Source: an uncultured delta proteobacterium (GTDB lineage Bacteria > Myxococcota > Myxococcia > Myxococcales > Anaeromyxobacteraceae). Taken from it: a DNA stretch of 64,000 bases. How positions within the stretch are numbered: position 1 is the first letter of the stretch; each line of letters opens with the position of its first letter. The notes beneath the pieces are model-generated. The model had not been told where the DNA came from. It saw only the letters and a list, made by a program, of their open reading frames with translations, and searched no databases. The stretch lies in the NCBI GenBank assembly GCA_963828255.1, contig CAWHDZ010000003.1:32001-96000 (forward strand), in the 5' to 3' direction. A program made the position numbers and the translations under genes. Of this stretch, positions 55,463 through 63,966 are shown one piece after another.

Positions 55463-56946
55463 CGGCCGGTTCCATCGCCGCGCCTCCCGGGCGCAGCGGC
55501 CAAACAAGCTTCAGTCGGGGAGTGGCTCAGCCTGGTAGAGCACTTGGTTCGGGACCAAGGGGTCGCAGGTTCAAATCCTGTCTCCCCGACCATCACTTGG
55601 CCCTGCGATTCCTCAAGAGTCGCGGGGCTTTTCCTTTGGTCCCCCGCAGTTCCGAGAGCGGTCCGGGTAGGATTCCCGGGCGACGTTTCGGAGGATTGCA
55701 GTTCCGTGCAGTCCGCGCCCCCAGCGGACGTGGTGCCCGAGGGCGTTCCGAAGGCGCCGGTGAGGCCGGCTCGGACGTCCTTCGTGTCGAGGTGGCCGTA
55801 GGTGTGGATGGTCAGGCGCACGTCGGAGTGGCGCAGGGCCTTCTGCGCGACGGCCGTCCCGGCCGCCCTCACAACCGCCGTGCCGAAGCTGTGTCGCGTG
55901 TCGTGGAACCTGACATGCCTGGGGATCGGCTTGGACCAGGCGGTGGGCTTCCCGCAGCGCGGGCAGGTCGCGGGGGCGGTGGGGTCCTGGCGTTGCTCGC
56001 GCCAGCCACAGCGCCACGCCCTGCAACGGTGCTCGTAGCCTTCGAGGAGGCCGGCTGCCGCGATGGCGCGACGCAAGAACTTTCCCAGCCGCAGTTTCCG
56101 CGGCTGCATCGAGCCGTCGGCCTTCGGGAAGACGAAGACCCCCGGCGACTTCATCGCCTCCCTCAGGAATGGGACGAGCTGGGGCACGATGGGGATGCGA
56201 GCGACCTTGTTGTCCTTGGTCCGCTCGGCGTCCCAGGACCGATGAACTCTGAGTTCCTGTGCGTCGAAGTCCACGTCGGCCTTGAGGAGGCCGAAGATCT
56301 CGCCTTCCCGCAGGCCCCCGTACACTGCGGTGGCGACGGGCCCTCGCCAGGTGGAGGGCGTCTTGTCGAGGACCGGCTCGAACTCCGGGACGGTGAGGAT
56401 GTTCCTGGCTGGCTCTTCTTGCTTGCGGCGGCGGACGTCGGCGACCGGGTTGGTGCGGCCCGCCCACGGGCCACCGTCCTTGCGCGCAAACTCGTAAATG
56501 TTGTGCATGAAGCCCCGGAGGTGGTTCAGGGACCTGCCCGAGAGCTCCCCCTTGGCCTCCTTCTCGGTGAGGACCCCCTCGATCTTGACGGTCGTGACCT
56601 CCCGGAGCGGGAGACGACCGAGCTTGGGGCTGAGGTGCTTTTTGAGGAAACCGCGGATTGCCGGCGACTTCAGCGCCTGGCCGTGGCTTTCCCACCACCA
56701 GTCGACGAGCTGGTCGAAGAGCATGTCGAGCGATGCGGTCGGCAGCGGCTCGAGTCCCTGGCGCTGGCGCCTGGCCTTGCCCTCGTAATCGACGAGGCGG
56801 TTCCGACCCTCCCGCTCGGCGCCCTTCTCGGTCAGGGGCTTCCCGTCCTTCCCATTTCTGGGCAGCGTTTCCTGCCGCTGCCGGCCGCTCCCGTCGATCC
56901 ACTGGATGACCGTCCGGCCGTTCTTCCGCTTCATCACCGAGCCCAT
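55453..56946 (-). CDS. int: tyrosine integrase (ORF reads through attL/tRNA antisense)
   Basis: GLREGE (R), TKDNK (K), FHDTRH, LRHSD, HTYGH (Y). Confidence 0.95.
   Translation of the reverse strand: MGSVMKRKNGRTVIQWIDGSGRQRQETLPRNGKDGKPLTEKGAEREGRNRLVDYEGKARRQRQGLEPLPTASLDMLFDQLVDWWWESHGQALKSPAIRGFLKKHLSPKLGRLPLREVTTVKIEGVLTEKEAKGELSGRSLNHLRGFMHNIYEFARKDGGPWAGRTNPVADVRRRKQEEPARNILTVPEFEPVLDKTPSTWRGPVATAVYGGLREGEIFGLLKADVDFDAQELRVHRSWDAERTKDNKVARIPIVPQLVPFLREAMKSPGVFVFPKADGSMQPRKLRLGKFLRRAIAAAGLLEGYEHRCRAWRCGWREQRQDPTAPATCPRCGKPTAWSKPIPRHVRFHDTRHSFGTAVVRAAGTAVAQKALRHSDVRLTIHTYGHLDTKDVRAGLTGAFGTPSGTTSAGGADCTELQSSETSPGNPTRTALGTAGDQRKSPATLEESQGQVMVGETGFEPATPWSRTKCSTRLSHSPTEACLAAAPGRRGDGTGRIY
55516..55592 (+). 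tRNA. tRNA-Pro(CGG), integration target (attL)
   Basis: CGGGGAG...CTCCCCG-ACCA; anticodon arm CTTGG-TT CGG GA-CCAAG. Confidence 0.97.
55600..55633 (+). terminator. element-supplied terminator for the tRNA
   Basis: GCCCTGCGAT...GTCGCGGGGC stem followed by TTTT. Confidence 0.6.
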
Positions 56947-56955
56947 TCGGACCTC

Positions 56956-57198
56956 CTACCTTCGGCCTGGATCCCCGGCCATCCCATCGTCCCGCGCGAA
57001 GCCGCGGACGGTGTCGGGTTGAAACCTTAATAGGGCGCCGACGCGGACGGCGGGAAGCGAACCCTGCCGGCGGAGCTTGTAGACCATCGACAGGGAGACC
57101 CGGAGAAAGGCGGCCACGTCCTCGGCAGTCCAGAGTGGGTCGGCAACTCGCGACGAAGCGTTCGGTGCGTCCATGGCGGCGACCTTCGGGATGCTCAT
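56956..57198 (-). CDS. excisionase-like HTH_17 protein (80 aa)
   Basis: LWTAEDVAAFLRVSLSMVYKL...G.LPAVRVG..LRF; directly upstream of int. Confidence 0.88.
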   Translation of the reverse strand: MSIPKVAAMDAPNASSRVADPLWTAEDVAAFLRVSLSMVYKLRRQGSLPAVRVGALLRFQPDTVRGFARDDGMAGDPGRR

Positions 57199-58412
57199 GG
57201 TCCCACCGTCCTTCCGGGCACCGGAGCCGGTGGGTCGCGCAGGATGAGCTTCCGCAGGTAGTCGAGGTCGGTCCTGGGGAGGGCGTCGAGATCGAACCTG
57301 CAATGGCCGGCTCGCTGGTGAAGGGCGATGGCCTCGTAGGCGTCCGAAAGCGAGTCGTCCACGCGCTGGAGGGAGTCGCGCAGGAGGCGGAGCTCGCGCT
57401 CGTCCACGGCCAGGGCGAACCTGGGCGGGGGCGGGGACGGCGCCGTGGCCGCCGCCGGCGGGGGCTTCGCGGTGGATGGCGCTGCAGCCGGAGGCCGCCC
57501 CGTGGCGACGACGGAGGCGAGCCGATCCGGGAAGTACCCGAGGAGCCTCCCGGCAGCCTCTGCGAAGGTGAAGACGATCACCTCGAACGCTCGGGGCGCC
57601 ATTCGGGCCCTGACCTCCGGGAAGCTCGTGCCGTCGAGGCATGCCTTCACCGCATGCTCGACCCGACGTTTCCGGTCGGGCGAATGGACGACGAAGACGA
57701 GGCGCGGAGCGAACCCGTCCGGGAAGGCGCGAACGTACCAGCTGGCCTTGCGGTCGTCGGAGAGGACGTCGAAGTACTGCCGGTACCGACGCACCTTCGA
57801 GACGATGGCCCCGGTTCGCTCGGGATGTGCGGTAACGATGCTCTGCGTGCCCGTCTCGGCCTCGATGAAGAGCCGGCGGCCCCGGCCCGGGACCTCCAGG
57901 ATGGCGTCGGGCTTGAGGACGGCCTGGTGGGACTCCCCGAGGGAGTGGCCGAAGGCGCGGAACTGGAGGACCTCGTCGTTCTCGGCGCGCCAGCGGAACG
58001 GAAGCTCCTCGAGCAGCGCCGTTTCGGACCGCCTGAGCGACAGGACGAGTTCGAGGAGGACGTCGTTGAGGAGCAGCGTGTGCTCCAGGAACCGGGCGCC
58101 GACGTCGCTCGCCGGGGCCGGTAGCCAGGGGAGGCCCGGGTTGACGAGGCTGCGGCCGTAGGGCGTGAGCGCCCAGACCGGCACGCTCGTGCCCTCGTAG
58201 CGCCGGTAGTGCAGGCGGCGCAGGCAGGCCCCCTCGCCCGGGCGCCCACCGGGCAGGCAGAGCTTCGCGAGGCGGCGGTAGACGAGCTTCTTGCTGCGGT
58301 CGGGCGCGATGAGCCGGTGGACCTGGTCGGCCGATGCGTAGCGGGCGATGCCGACGTAAGCGAGGAGCGCGCGATCGCGATCGGTGAGGACGGCTCCCTT
58401 GACGTTCGGCAT
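57195..58412 (-). CDS. replication-relaxation (Replic_Relax-like) protein
   Basis: LTDRD..LL wHTH, WALT..G, LEHTLLLND, LKPDA...FIEAETGT, K..RY. Confidence 0.82.
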   Translation of the reverse strand: MPNVKGAVLTDRDRALLAYVGIARYASADQVHRLIAPDRSKKLVYRRLAKLCLPGGRPGEGACLRRLHYRRYEGTSVPVWALTPYGRSLVNPGLPWLPAPASDVGARFLEHTLLLNDVLLELVLSLRRSETALLEELPFRWRAENDEVLQFRAFGHSLGESHQAVLKPDAILEVPGRGRRLFIEAETGTQSIVTAHPERTGAIVSKVRRYRQYFDVLSDDRKASWYVRAFPDGFAPRLVFVVHSPDRKRRVEHAVKACLDGTSFPEVRARMAPRAFEVIVFTFAEAAGRLLGYFPDRLASVVATGRPPAAAPSTAKPPPAAATAPSPPPPRFALAVDERELRLLRDSLQRVDDSLSDAYEAIALHQRAGHCRFDLDALPRTDLDYLRKLILRDPPAPVPGRTVGP

Positions 58413-58447
58413 GGCGCGCCTCCGGGCGGTGCGGCCCCGTGGGGTCG

Positions 58448-58789
58448 CTACCGCTTCCTCCCGGGATTCGAGTTCGGGCCGTCGAAGCCCGGCGCCTCTT
58501 CGCGGAGCACGAGGGCGCGCTGGAAGAGGAGGTGGAGCAGGTACTCGTACCGCCCCATCCCGAGCGCCCCGCGATCCGCATCCAGGAGCGCCACCGCGGC
58601 GACTGGCAGGCCGAACCAGGTCCGGAGCCCGTCGAGGTGTCGGACCACGTGCGCCGTGAGGTCCACGCCGCGGGCGTCTGCTTCGCCGCGGAGAAAGGTG
58701 ACGAGCTCACGCGGCATGCGGATGGTCTGCATGATCTTCTCCGTCGTGGAGAATGGGCCGTCGGTACGCGGCTTCTTACGGGATGTCAT
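58448..58789 (-). CDS. small DNA-binding protein, ribbon-helix-helix-like (113 aa)
   Basis: MQTIRMPRELVTFLRGEADARGVDLTAHVVRHL; RBS AGGAGG. Confidence 0.65.
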   Translation of the reverse strand: MTSRKKPRTDGPFSTTEKIMQTIRMPRELVTFLRGEADARGVDLTAHVVRHLDGLRTWFGLPVAAVALLDADRGALGMGRYEYLLHLLFQRALVLREEAPGFDGPNSNPGRKR

Positions 58790-58808
58790 AACGAGTCCTC
58801 CTGACATA

Positions 58809-58837
58809 CGTATAGGATACGCGTCACCCTGACGCAA
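58809..58837 (-). promoter_or_regulatory. promoter with overlapping palindromic operator for the RHH-rep-xis-int unit
   Basis: Minus-strand TTGCGT-17 bp-TATACG; GCGTCA-ccc-TGACGC palindrome at 58821..58835. Confidence 0.55.
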
Positions 58838-58868
58838 GCGTTTCAGGGTTCCGAGGGACGTCCGAGGT

Positions 58869-59312
58869 TCAGGAGACGAGGGGCGCGAGCGAGATCAACT
58901 CGTCGAAGCGACGGAAATCGCTCCCGTTGAGCGTGGCGAGGATCGTGACGCCGTGCGCCCGCATCGTGGCGACGACGTTGGCGTCGTGCACCTGCTTGCC
59001 CCGAACGGCGAAGCGACGGATCAGGTCGAGCAGCTCCGGAAGGACGGGTTCGCCATCGTCCAGGAGTTCGCAAGCGGACGTCCATGCCCCGAGGGCCGCC
59101 AACGCTTCCTCGACGCTGAACGTCCTACCCTCGACGGGGCCACGGGTGAGCACCGCCAGGAATTCGCGGCACACCTGGGATGAGATGCACGCGTTCGCAC
59201 CGTCACGTGCGAGTCGCTCCAGGAACGCGGTCGCAACGGCGTGGCTGGGGTGGGCCTCGACCGAGGCGGCCACGAGGACGTTGGTGTCGATGAAGACGCG
59301 GTCAGCGGCCAT
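58869..59312 (-). CDS. vapC: PIN-domain VapC-type toxin
   Basis: VFIDTNVLV, QVCREF, VHDANVVATM, TLN..DF. Confidence 0.9.
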   Translation of the reverse strand: MAADRVFIDTNVLVAASVEAHPSHAVATAFLERLARDGANACISSQVCREFLAVLTRGPVEGRTFSVEEALAALGAWTSACELLDDGEPVLPELLDLIRRFAVRGKQVHDANVVATMRAHGVTILATLNGSDFRRFDELISLAPLVS

Positions 59313-59517
59313 CGTCGCCGTAGAGACTCTCGCGACGGAGGTCGCCGCCAATCCAGCGGCCGCCGCTGGCCTTCAGGAGCGGCGGGCGGAAGCTCTTCGG
59401 GAGGGGTCGAGCGGCGTGGCGGTGGCGGATCTCGGCCATCACCCGCGCCCGGTCCTCGGGCGACAGGGACGCCAGTTCCTCGGCCAAGCGCTTCAAGTCT
59501 CGCGGGTCGCGCGCCAT
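59302..59517 (-). CDS. putative antitoxin (71 aa)
   Basis: Small ORF overlapping the vapC start; C-terminal RRESLY. Confidence 0.7.
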   Translation of the reverse strand: MARDPRDLKRLAEELASLSPEDRARVMAEIRHRHAARPLPKSFRPPLLKASGGRWIGGDLRRESLYGDDGR

Positions 59518-59917
59518 GGCGGGAAGATACCACCAGGCGGGGCAGCCTGCCGAGTGGGTGGGTACCAGAGGGCCCCTTCAGGAACTCACTCCTACCGACG
59601 GAATCACCTACCCCGACTCGAATGCCAGCCGATCCTCGTCACGCCACCGCTGCCTCTCGGCTTCCCGCCCCTCGAAGCGCACCTTCTCGACCCGGACCCG
59701 ATGCTTGCCCGTCATGACTCAAAGAGCCAAACGCAGCCCGAGCACGACGACGACTCCCCCAGGACAGACGCCCCAATAATCCCCGCCGTCCCTTCTTTGT
59801 CTGTCCTCCCCCATCCCCGTGTCTTCTGGAATCTGAATTGTTCCGATAGTGAACCCTGACCAACCAGACCCAGCCCAGCCCCGCCGCCCCGAGCTCCAAT
59901 TTGCATCCATCAGGTGA

Positions 59918-59974
59918 CAGCAACCCAATCCCACAATCCCACGTAGTGGTTGGGAGTGTGGGATCGGGCTGCTG
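59918..59974. repeat. imperfect inverted repeat, candidate oriT/replication origin
   Basis: CAGCAACCCAATCCCACAATCCCA / TGGGAGTGTGGGATCGGGCTGCTG. Confidence 0.6.
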
Positions 59975-60153
59975 GCGCCCGGTCTCACGCACGTTCCGTC
60001 ACGACGGGGCGGCGGGGCGGGGCGCTTGCAGATCGAGGACTTGCCGTTGCTTCGCCGGGCCCAATGCCGTCGCCGACACCGTCACCGGCCGTGTCGATCC
60101 CGGGCGCCGGAGCCCGTCGACGGCACCCTGTCGACAGGCGTTGGCAGGCCCAG

Positions 60154-61224
60154 CTACTCGACGAGCGCGACCGACTTGACCTGGACCCAGACCTCCAGGC
60201 CGGGGCCAAGCTCGAGTGCCGCGGCGGCGCGGCTCGTCAGCCTCGCCACCACCATCGAGCTCCCGAGCCGGACGCGCACGAGCCTCAGGCCAGGGTGCTC
60301 GTCGTCCGCGACGGCATCGACTTGCCCCTGAAGCACGTTCTGGATGCTGGTCGGCCTGGGCAACTCGCGAGCGATGCTGACGTCGCGCGCCAGGACGCGA
60401 AGGCGCACGCGACGGCCGAGCGCCACTCCCCGGTTGGGAGTCCACAACACTCCACCCGGGAAGTCGATGCGGGCAAGGTGCCACGTCTCGTCGATGGCGG
60501 TCACGGTGCCGTCGATGACAGCTCCGACGTCCTCGCCGAGGCGGATCGGGAGGTCGAGCCGGACCAGGGTTTCGGCGAGGGGTCCGCTGGCGCGCACCTG
60601 GCCGGCCTCCAGGGCGACCAGGTGGTCGGCCAGCCGCGCCACCTCATCGGGTGAGTGGCTGACGTAGAGGACCGGGACGTCCAGTTCCTCGTGGAGGCGG
60701 TCCAGGTACGGGAGAATCTCCTGCTTGCGCTGCAAGTCCAGGGAGGCGAGCGGCTCGTCCATCAGCAGGAGGCGTGGCCCGACGGCCAGCGCCCGCGCGA
60801 TGGCCACTCGCTGGCGCTCGCCGCCGGAGAGCTGGTCGGCCGGCCGTTCCAGCAGGTGGCCAATCCCCAGGAGCTCGATCCCCTGCTCCAGGTTCCCGCG
60901 GCTCACCCCACCCCCTCGGCGCAGGCCGTAGCGTAGGTTCCCCAGCACCGTGAGGTGAGGGAAGAGGCTGGCCTCCTGGAAAACGTACCCGAGCGGCCGC
61001 CTGTGGGTGGGAACCCATCGCGCCCCGTCCTGCCAGATCTCCCCCGCGACGCTGAGCCGTCCCTGGGGCGCGCGCTCGAGCCCGGCGATGCAGCGAAGCA
61101 GTGTCGTCTTTCCCGAGCCGGAGTGGCCGAACAACGCCGTCACGCCACGAGCCGGCAGGTCCAGGTCGACGTCGAGCGTGAACCCTGCCCAGTCGAGGCG
61201 GAAGCGTGCCTGGACCCCGGCCAC
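60154..61224 (-). CDS. modC: molybdate ABC transporter ATPase
   Basis: GHSGSGKTT, LSGGERQRVA, LLMDEP, C-terminal TOBE (S..N.L.G, VQVKSVAL). Confidence 0.95.
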   Translation of the reverse strand: MAGVQARFRLDWAGFTLDVDLDLPARGVTALFGHSGSGKTTLLRCIAGLERAPQGRLSVAGEIWQDGARWVPTHRRPLGYVFQEASLFPHLTVLGNLRYGLRRGGGVSRGNLEQGIELLGIGHLLERPADQLSGGERQRVAIARALAVGPRLLLMDEPLASLDLQRKQEILPYLDRLHEELDVPVLYVSHSPDEVARLADHLVALEAGQVRASGPLAETLVRLDLPIRLGEDVGAVIDGTVTAIDETWHLARIDFPGGVLWTPNRGVALGRRVRLRVLARDVSIARELPRPTSIQNVLQGQVDAVADDEHPGLRLVRVRLGSSMVVARLTSRAAAALELGPGLEVWVQVKSVALVE

Positions 61225-61225
61225 G

Positions 61226-61900
61226 TCAGGCTGTCTTCCTGGAGGCGGGTCTCCAGACGTAAAGGGCCAGCAGCACGACGAACGAGAAGCTCAGCATGAC
61301 CGCGGCGAGCCGATGTGCCTCGGCGAACTCCATGGCCTCCACGTGGTCGTAGATCTGGACCGAGGCCACGCGCGACACGCCGGGGAGGTTGCCGCCGATC
61401 ATCAAGACCACGCCGAACTCCCCGACGGTATGAGCGAAGGTCAGGATCGATGCCGTCAGGAAGCCGGGCAGGGACATCGGCACGGCCACCGTGAAGAAGG
61501 CGTCGAGTGGCGAGGCCCTCAAGGTGGCCGCGACCTCCAGGGGGCGTTTGCCCACCCCCTCGAAGGCGGTCTGCAGCGGTTGGACCATGAAGGGAAGCGA
61601 GTAAAGCACGGAGGCCACCACCAGCCCCCCGAACGTGAAGGGCAGCGGGCCAAGCCCGAGGGCCGCGGTGAACTGGCCCACCGGTCCACGCGGTCCCATG
61701 GCGAGGAGCAGGTAGAAGCCGAGCACCGAAGGCGGCAGGACCAGTGGGAGGGCCACCACGGCGCCGACCGGCCCCTTCCACCAGGTCGTCGCTCGCGCCA
61801 GCCACCACGCGATGGGCGTGCCCACCACGAGGAGGATCAACGTGACCAGGCTTGCCAGGCGGACCGTCAACCAGATGGCCTGCAGGTCACTAGGACTCAC
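61226..61900 (-). CDS. modB: molybdate ABC transporter permease
   Basis: [32 protein letters not shown]. Confidence 0.95.
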   Translation of the reverse strand: MSPSDLQAIWLTVRLASLVTLILLVVGTPIAWWLARATTWWKGPVGAVVALPLVLPPSVLGFYLLLAMGPRGPVGQFTAALGLGPLPFTFGGLVVASVLYSLPFMVQPLQTAFEGVGKRPLEVAATLRASPLDAFFTVAVPMSLPGFLTASILTFAHTVGEFGVVLMIGGNLPGVSRVASVQIYDHVEAMEFAEAHRLAAVMLSFSFVVLLALYVWRPASRKTA

Positions 61901-62726
61901 CGGTCGCCTCGGCCGCACGCGCGTGCAAGAACGTCATCAGGGCTGAAACCATCAACACGCCGCCCAGCAGGCCCATCAGAAGCTGCGTCGGGACCAGGCC
62001 GAGGAGCAGGCCGCCCAGCGCCGCCCCGAGGATGGACCCCGCCACCATCCATCCCAGGAGCCGCTTCTCCCGCTTCAGCACCGAGAAGGCCTGCGCCCTG
62101 GCGTAGCGCGCGAAGCCGACCAGCATGGTGGGCAGGCTGACCGCCAGAGACAGGCTCCCCGCCACCCTGACGTCGAGACCATAGAGCAGGACGATGGTCG
62201 GGATCAGCAGCTCGCCGCCCGCCACGCCCAGCAGGGCGGCGACCACGCCGATCACGAACCCGGCGAGGAGCCCAACCACGAGGCGCACCACCCCGGCCTG
62301 GATCAGCGGCTCGCCGACGTTGTGGAGGTCCAGCCATCCCTCCGCGAGCATGACGAGCGAGAGCCCGACGAGCAGCGCCATGACGACGCGGTCGAGCCAG
62401 ACCCGCGACAGCGTGATGGCATGGTCCGCCGCCCAGCGCGCGCCCAGGAGGCTGCCTGCGAGCAGGTTCAGCACGACGTCGAGGTGCCCGAACAGAAGGG
62501 TCGGCGAGACCACCCGGGCGCGTGAGACCACGGCGACGGCGACCACTACCAGGCTGATCGCCTTGTTGAGGATGACCGCCTCGAGGGTCCCCATCCGGAA
62601 CCAGCCGACCAGCACGGGCAATCGGAACTCGGCGCCCCCGAGGCCGATCAGGCCTCCCAGCGTGCCGATGAGGGCGCCAGCGGCAAAACCCTGACCGATC
62701 CGGGCAGGAGACCTCGTGGCGTCCAT
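61890..62726 (-). CDS. TauE/SafE (TSUP) family transporter
   Basis: [14 protein letters not shown] and [12 protein letters not shown] half-repeats; multiple TM segments. Confidence 0.88.
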   Translation of the reverse strand: MDATRSPARIGQGFAAGALIGTLGGLIGLGGAEFRLPVLVGWFRMGTLEAVILNKAISLVVVAVAVVSRARVVSPTLLFGHLDVVLNLLAGSLLGARWAADHAITLSRVWLDRVVMALLVGLSLVMLAEGWLDLHNVGEPLIQAGVVRLVVGLLAGFVIGVVAALLGVAGGELLIPTIVLLYGLDVRVAGSLSLAVSLPTMLVGFARYARAQAFSVLKREKRLLGWMVAGSILGAALGGLLLGLVPTQLLMGLLGGVLMVSALMTFLHARAAEATGES

Positions 62727-62737
62727 GAGGTCTGCCC

Positions 62738-63535
62738 CTACTTGCCGACGGACTCGCCGGGGAGCACAAAACCGTACCGCACCATGATCGCGCGGGCGGC
62801 CTTGGTGCCGAGGTAGTCCGCGAAGCGCCTGGCGAGCGCGCTCCCGGTGGCGCGCTTGGTGATGATGAACCCCTGTTCCAGCGGCTCGTGGAGCTCGGAT
62901 GGGATGAGCCAGTAGCCCCCCTTGCTGGCGAGCTCCGAGGCGAGCGCCAGGGACAGGGCGACGATGCCGACCTGTGCATTGCCGGTGAGCACGAACTGCG
63001 CGGTCTGCGCGATGTTCTCGCCGTAGACCAGCTTGGGCTCGACCTTCTCCCAGATCCCCGACGCCCGCAGCGCCTCCTCTGCGCGCCTGCCGTAGGGCGC
63101 GTGCTTCGGGTTGGCGATGGCCACGCGGGTGATCTTCGGGTCGGTGAGGCTGGCCAGGGTCATCTTGGTCGCGTCGAGGGTCGAGCTCCACAGCACGATC
63201 CGGCCGAGGGCGTACGGCGTCGCTTCGGAGGCGGCCAGGCCGTTCTTGGCGATCTCGCGGGGGAAGGCGATGTCGGCCGAAAAGAAGAGGTCGTAGGGGG
63301 CGCCTTGCTGGATCTGCGTGCTGAGTTTTCCGGAGGAGCCATAGACGACCTCGACCTCGTCGAGCGGATTCGCCTTCTTGAACTCCGACGCGATCTCGTC
63401 CAGCGCGAACTTGAGGTCGGCGGCGGCGGCGATCGTGACCTTCTCTGCGCGCGCTTCGGCCGGCAGCAGCGACGAGCCGATCACGGCCAGGACTGCAGCG
63501 AGGCGAGAAAAGGGTCGGAGGGTGGGGCGAATCAT
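62738..63535 (-). CDS. modA: molybdate ABC transporter substrate-binding protein
   Basis: AAAADL, GSSGKL, GAPYDLFFSAD, AIANPKHAPYG, GENIAQ; RBS AGGAG. Confidence 0.95.
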   Translation of the reverse strand: MIRPTLRPFSRLAAVLAVIGSSLLPAEARAEKVTIAAAADLKFALDEIASEFKKANPLDEVEVVYGSSGKLSTQIQQGAPYDLFFSADIAFPREIAKNGLAASEATPYALGRIVLWSSTLDATKMTLASLTDPKITRVAIANPKHAPYGRRAEEALRASGIWEKVEPKLVYGENIAQTAQFVLTGNAQVGIVALSLALASELASKGGYWLIPSELHEPLEQGFIITKRATGSALARRFADYLGTKAARAIMVRYGFVLPGESVGK

Positions 63536-63639
63536 GCTAGCTCCTGAGCCTGGGGACTGAGAACATCCACATACCACGAGCCACGGGGTGGCCCGGGGTG
63601 CCGTATGCGGGCCGGAATGTGGAGCGCGCTGTCGAAAGA

Positions 63640-63966
63640 TCAGGACGCCTGCTCGGCTCCCGCGCACGAAGCCGCCAGCGCCTGCTCGGCCGCGCGTCGC
63701 AGGATCCCCGCCACCACCTCGCGCGACGCAGCGGAGTGCGCCGCGCGCTCGGCGACGTTGGCCCCCGCCTCCGTGAACAGCTCCATCTGAACCGGTGGAA
63801 GCTCAACCTCGCAAGCAGCCCGCAGTCCACCAGCAGTCCACGCATCGCGTCCAGGTGCCTCTTCGTGCGGCGCGTGCGATCCAGCCGGATCCCCCGCTCC
63901 AACGAAATCAGCAGGTTGACGCTCCGTGCAGTCCGGTGAAGCGCGTGCGATCGGCCCCGGCTCGAT
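63640..63966 (-). other. start-less alternative integrase 3' end (108 codons) fused in frame on excision
   Basis: Open frame continuing ...EPATPWSR from the attR core to TGA at 63642..63640. Confidence 0.7.

Noticed and set aside
59639..59992. Short ORFs in the element's gap
   Set aside because: Atypical codon usage, no motifs and no clear RBS; treated as non-coding
63536..63640. Moco riboswitch or ModE box upstream of modA
   Set aside because: Could not recognise the consensus elements by eye; needs an Rfam search
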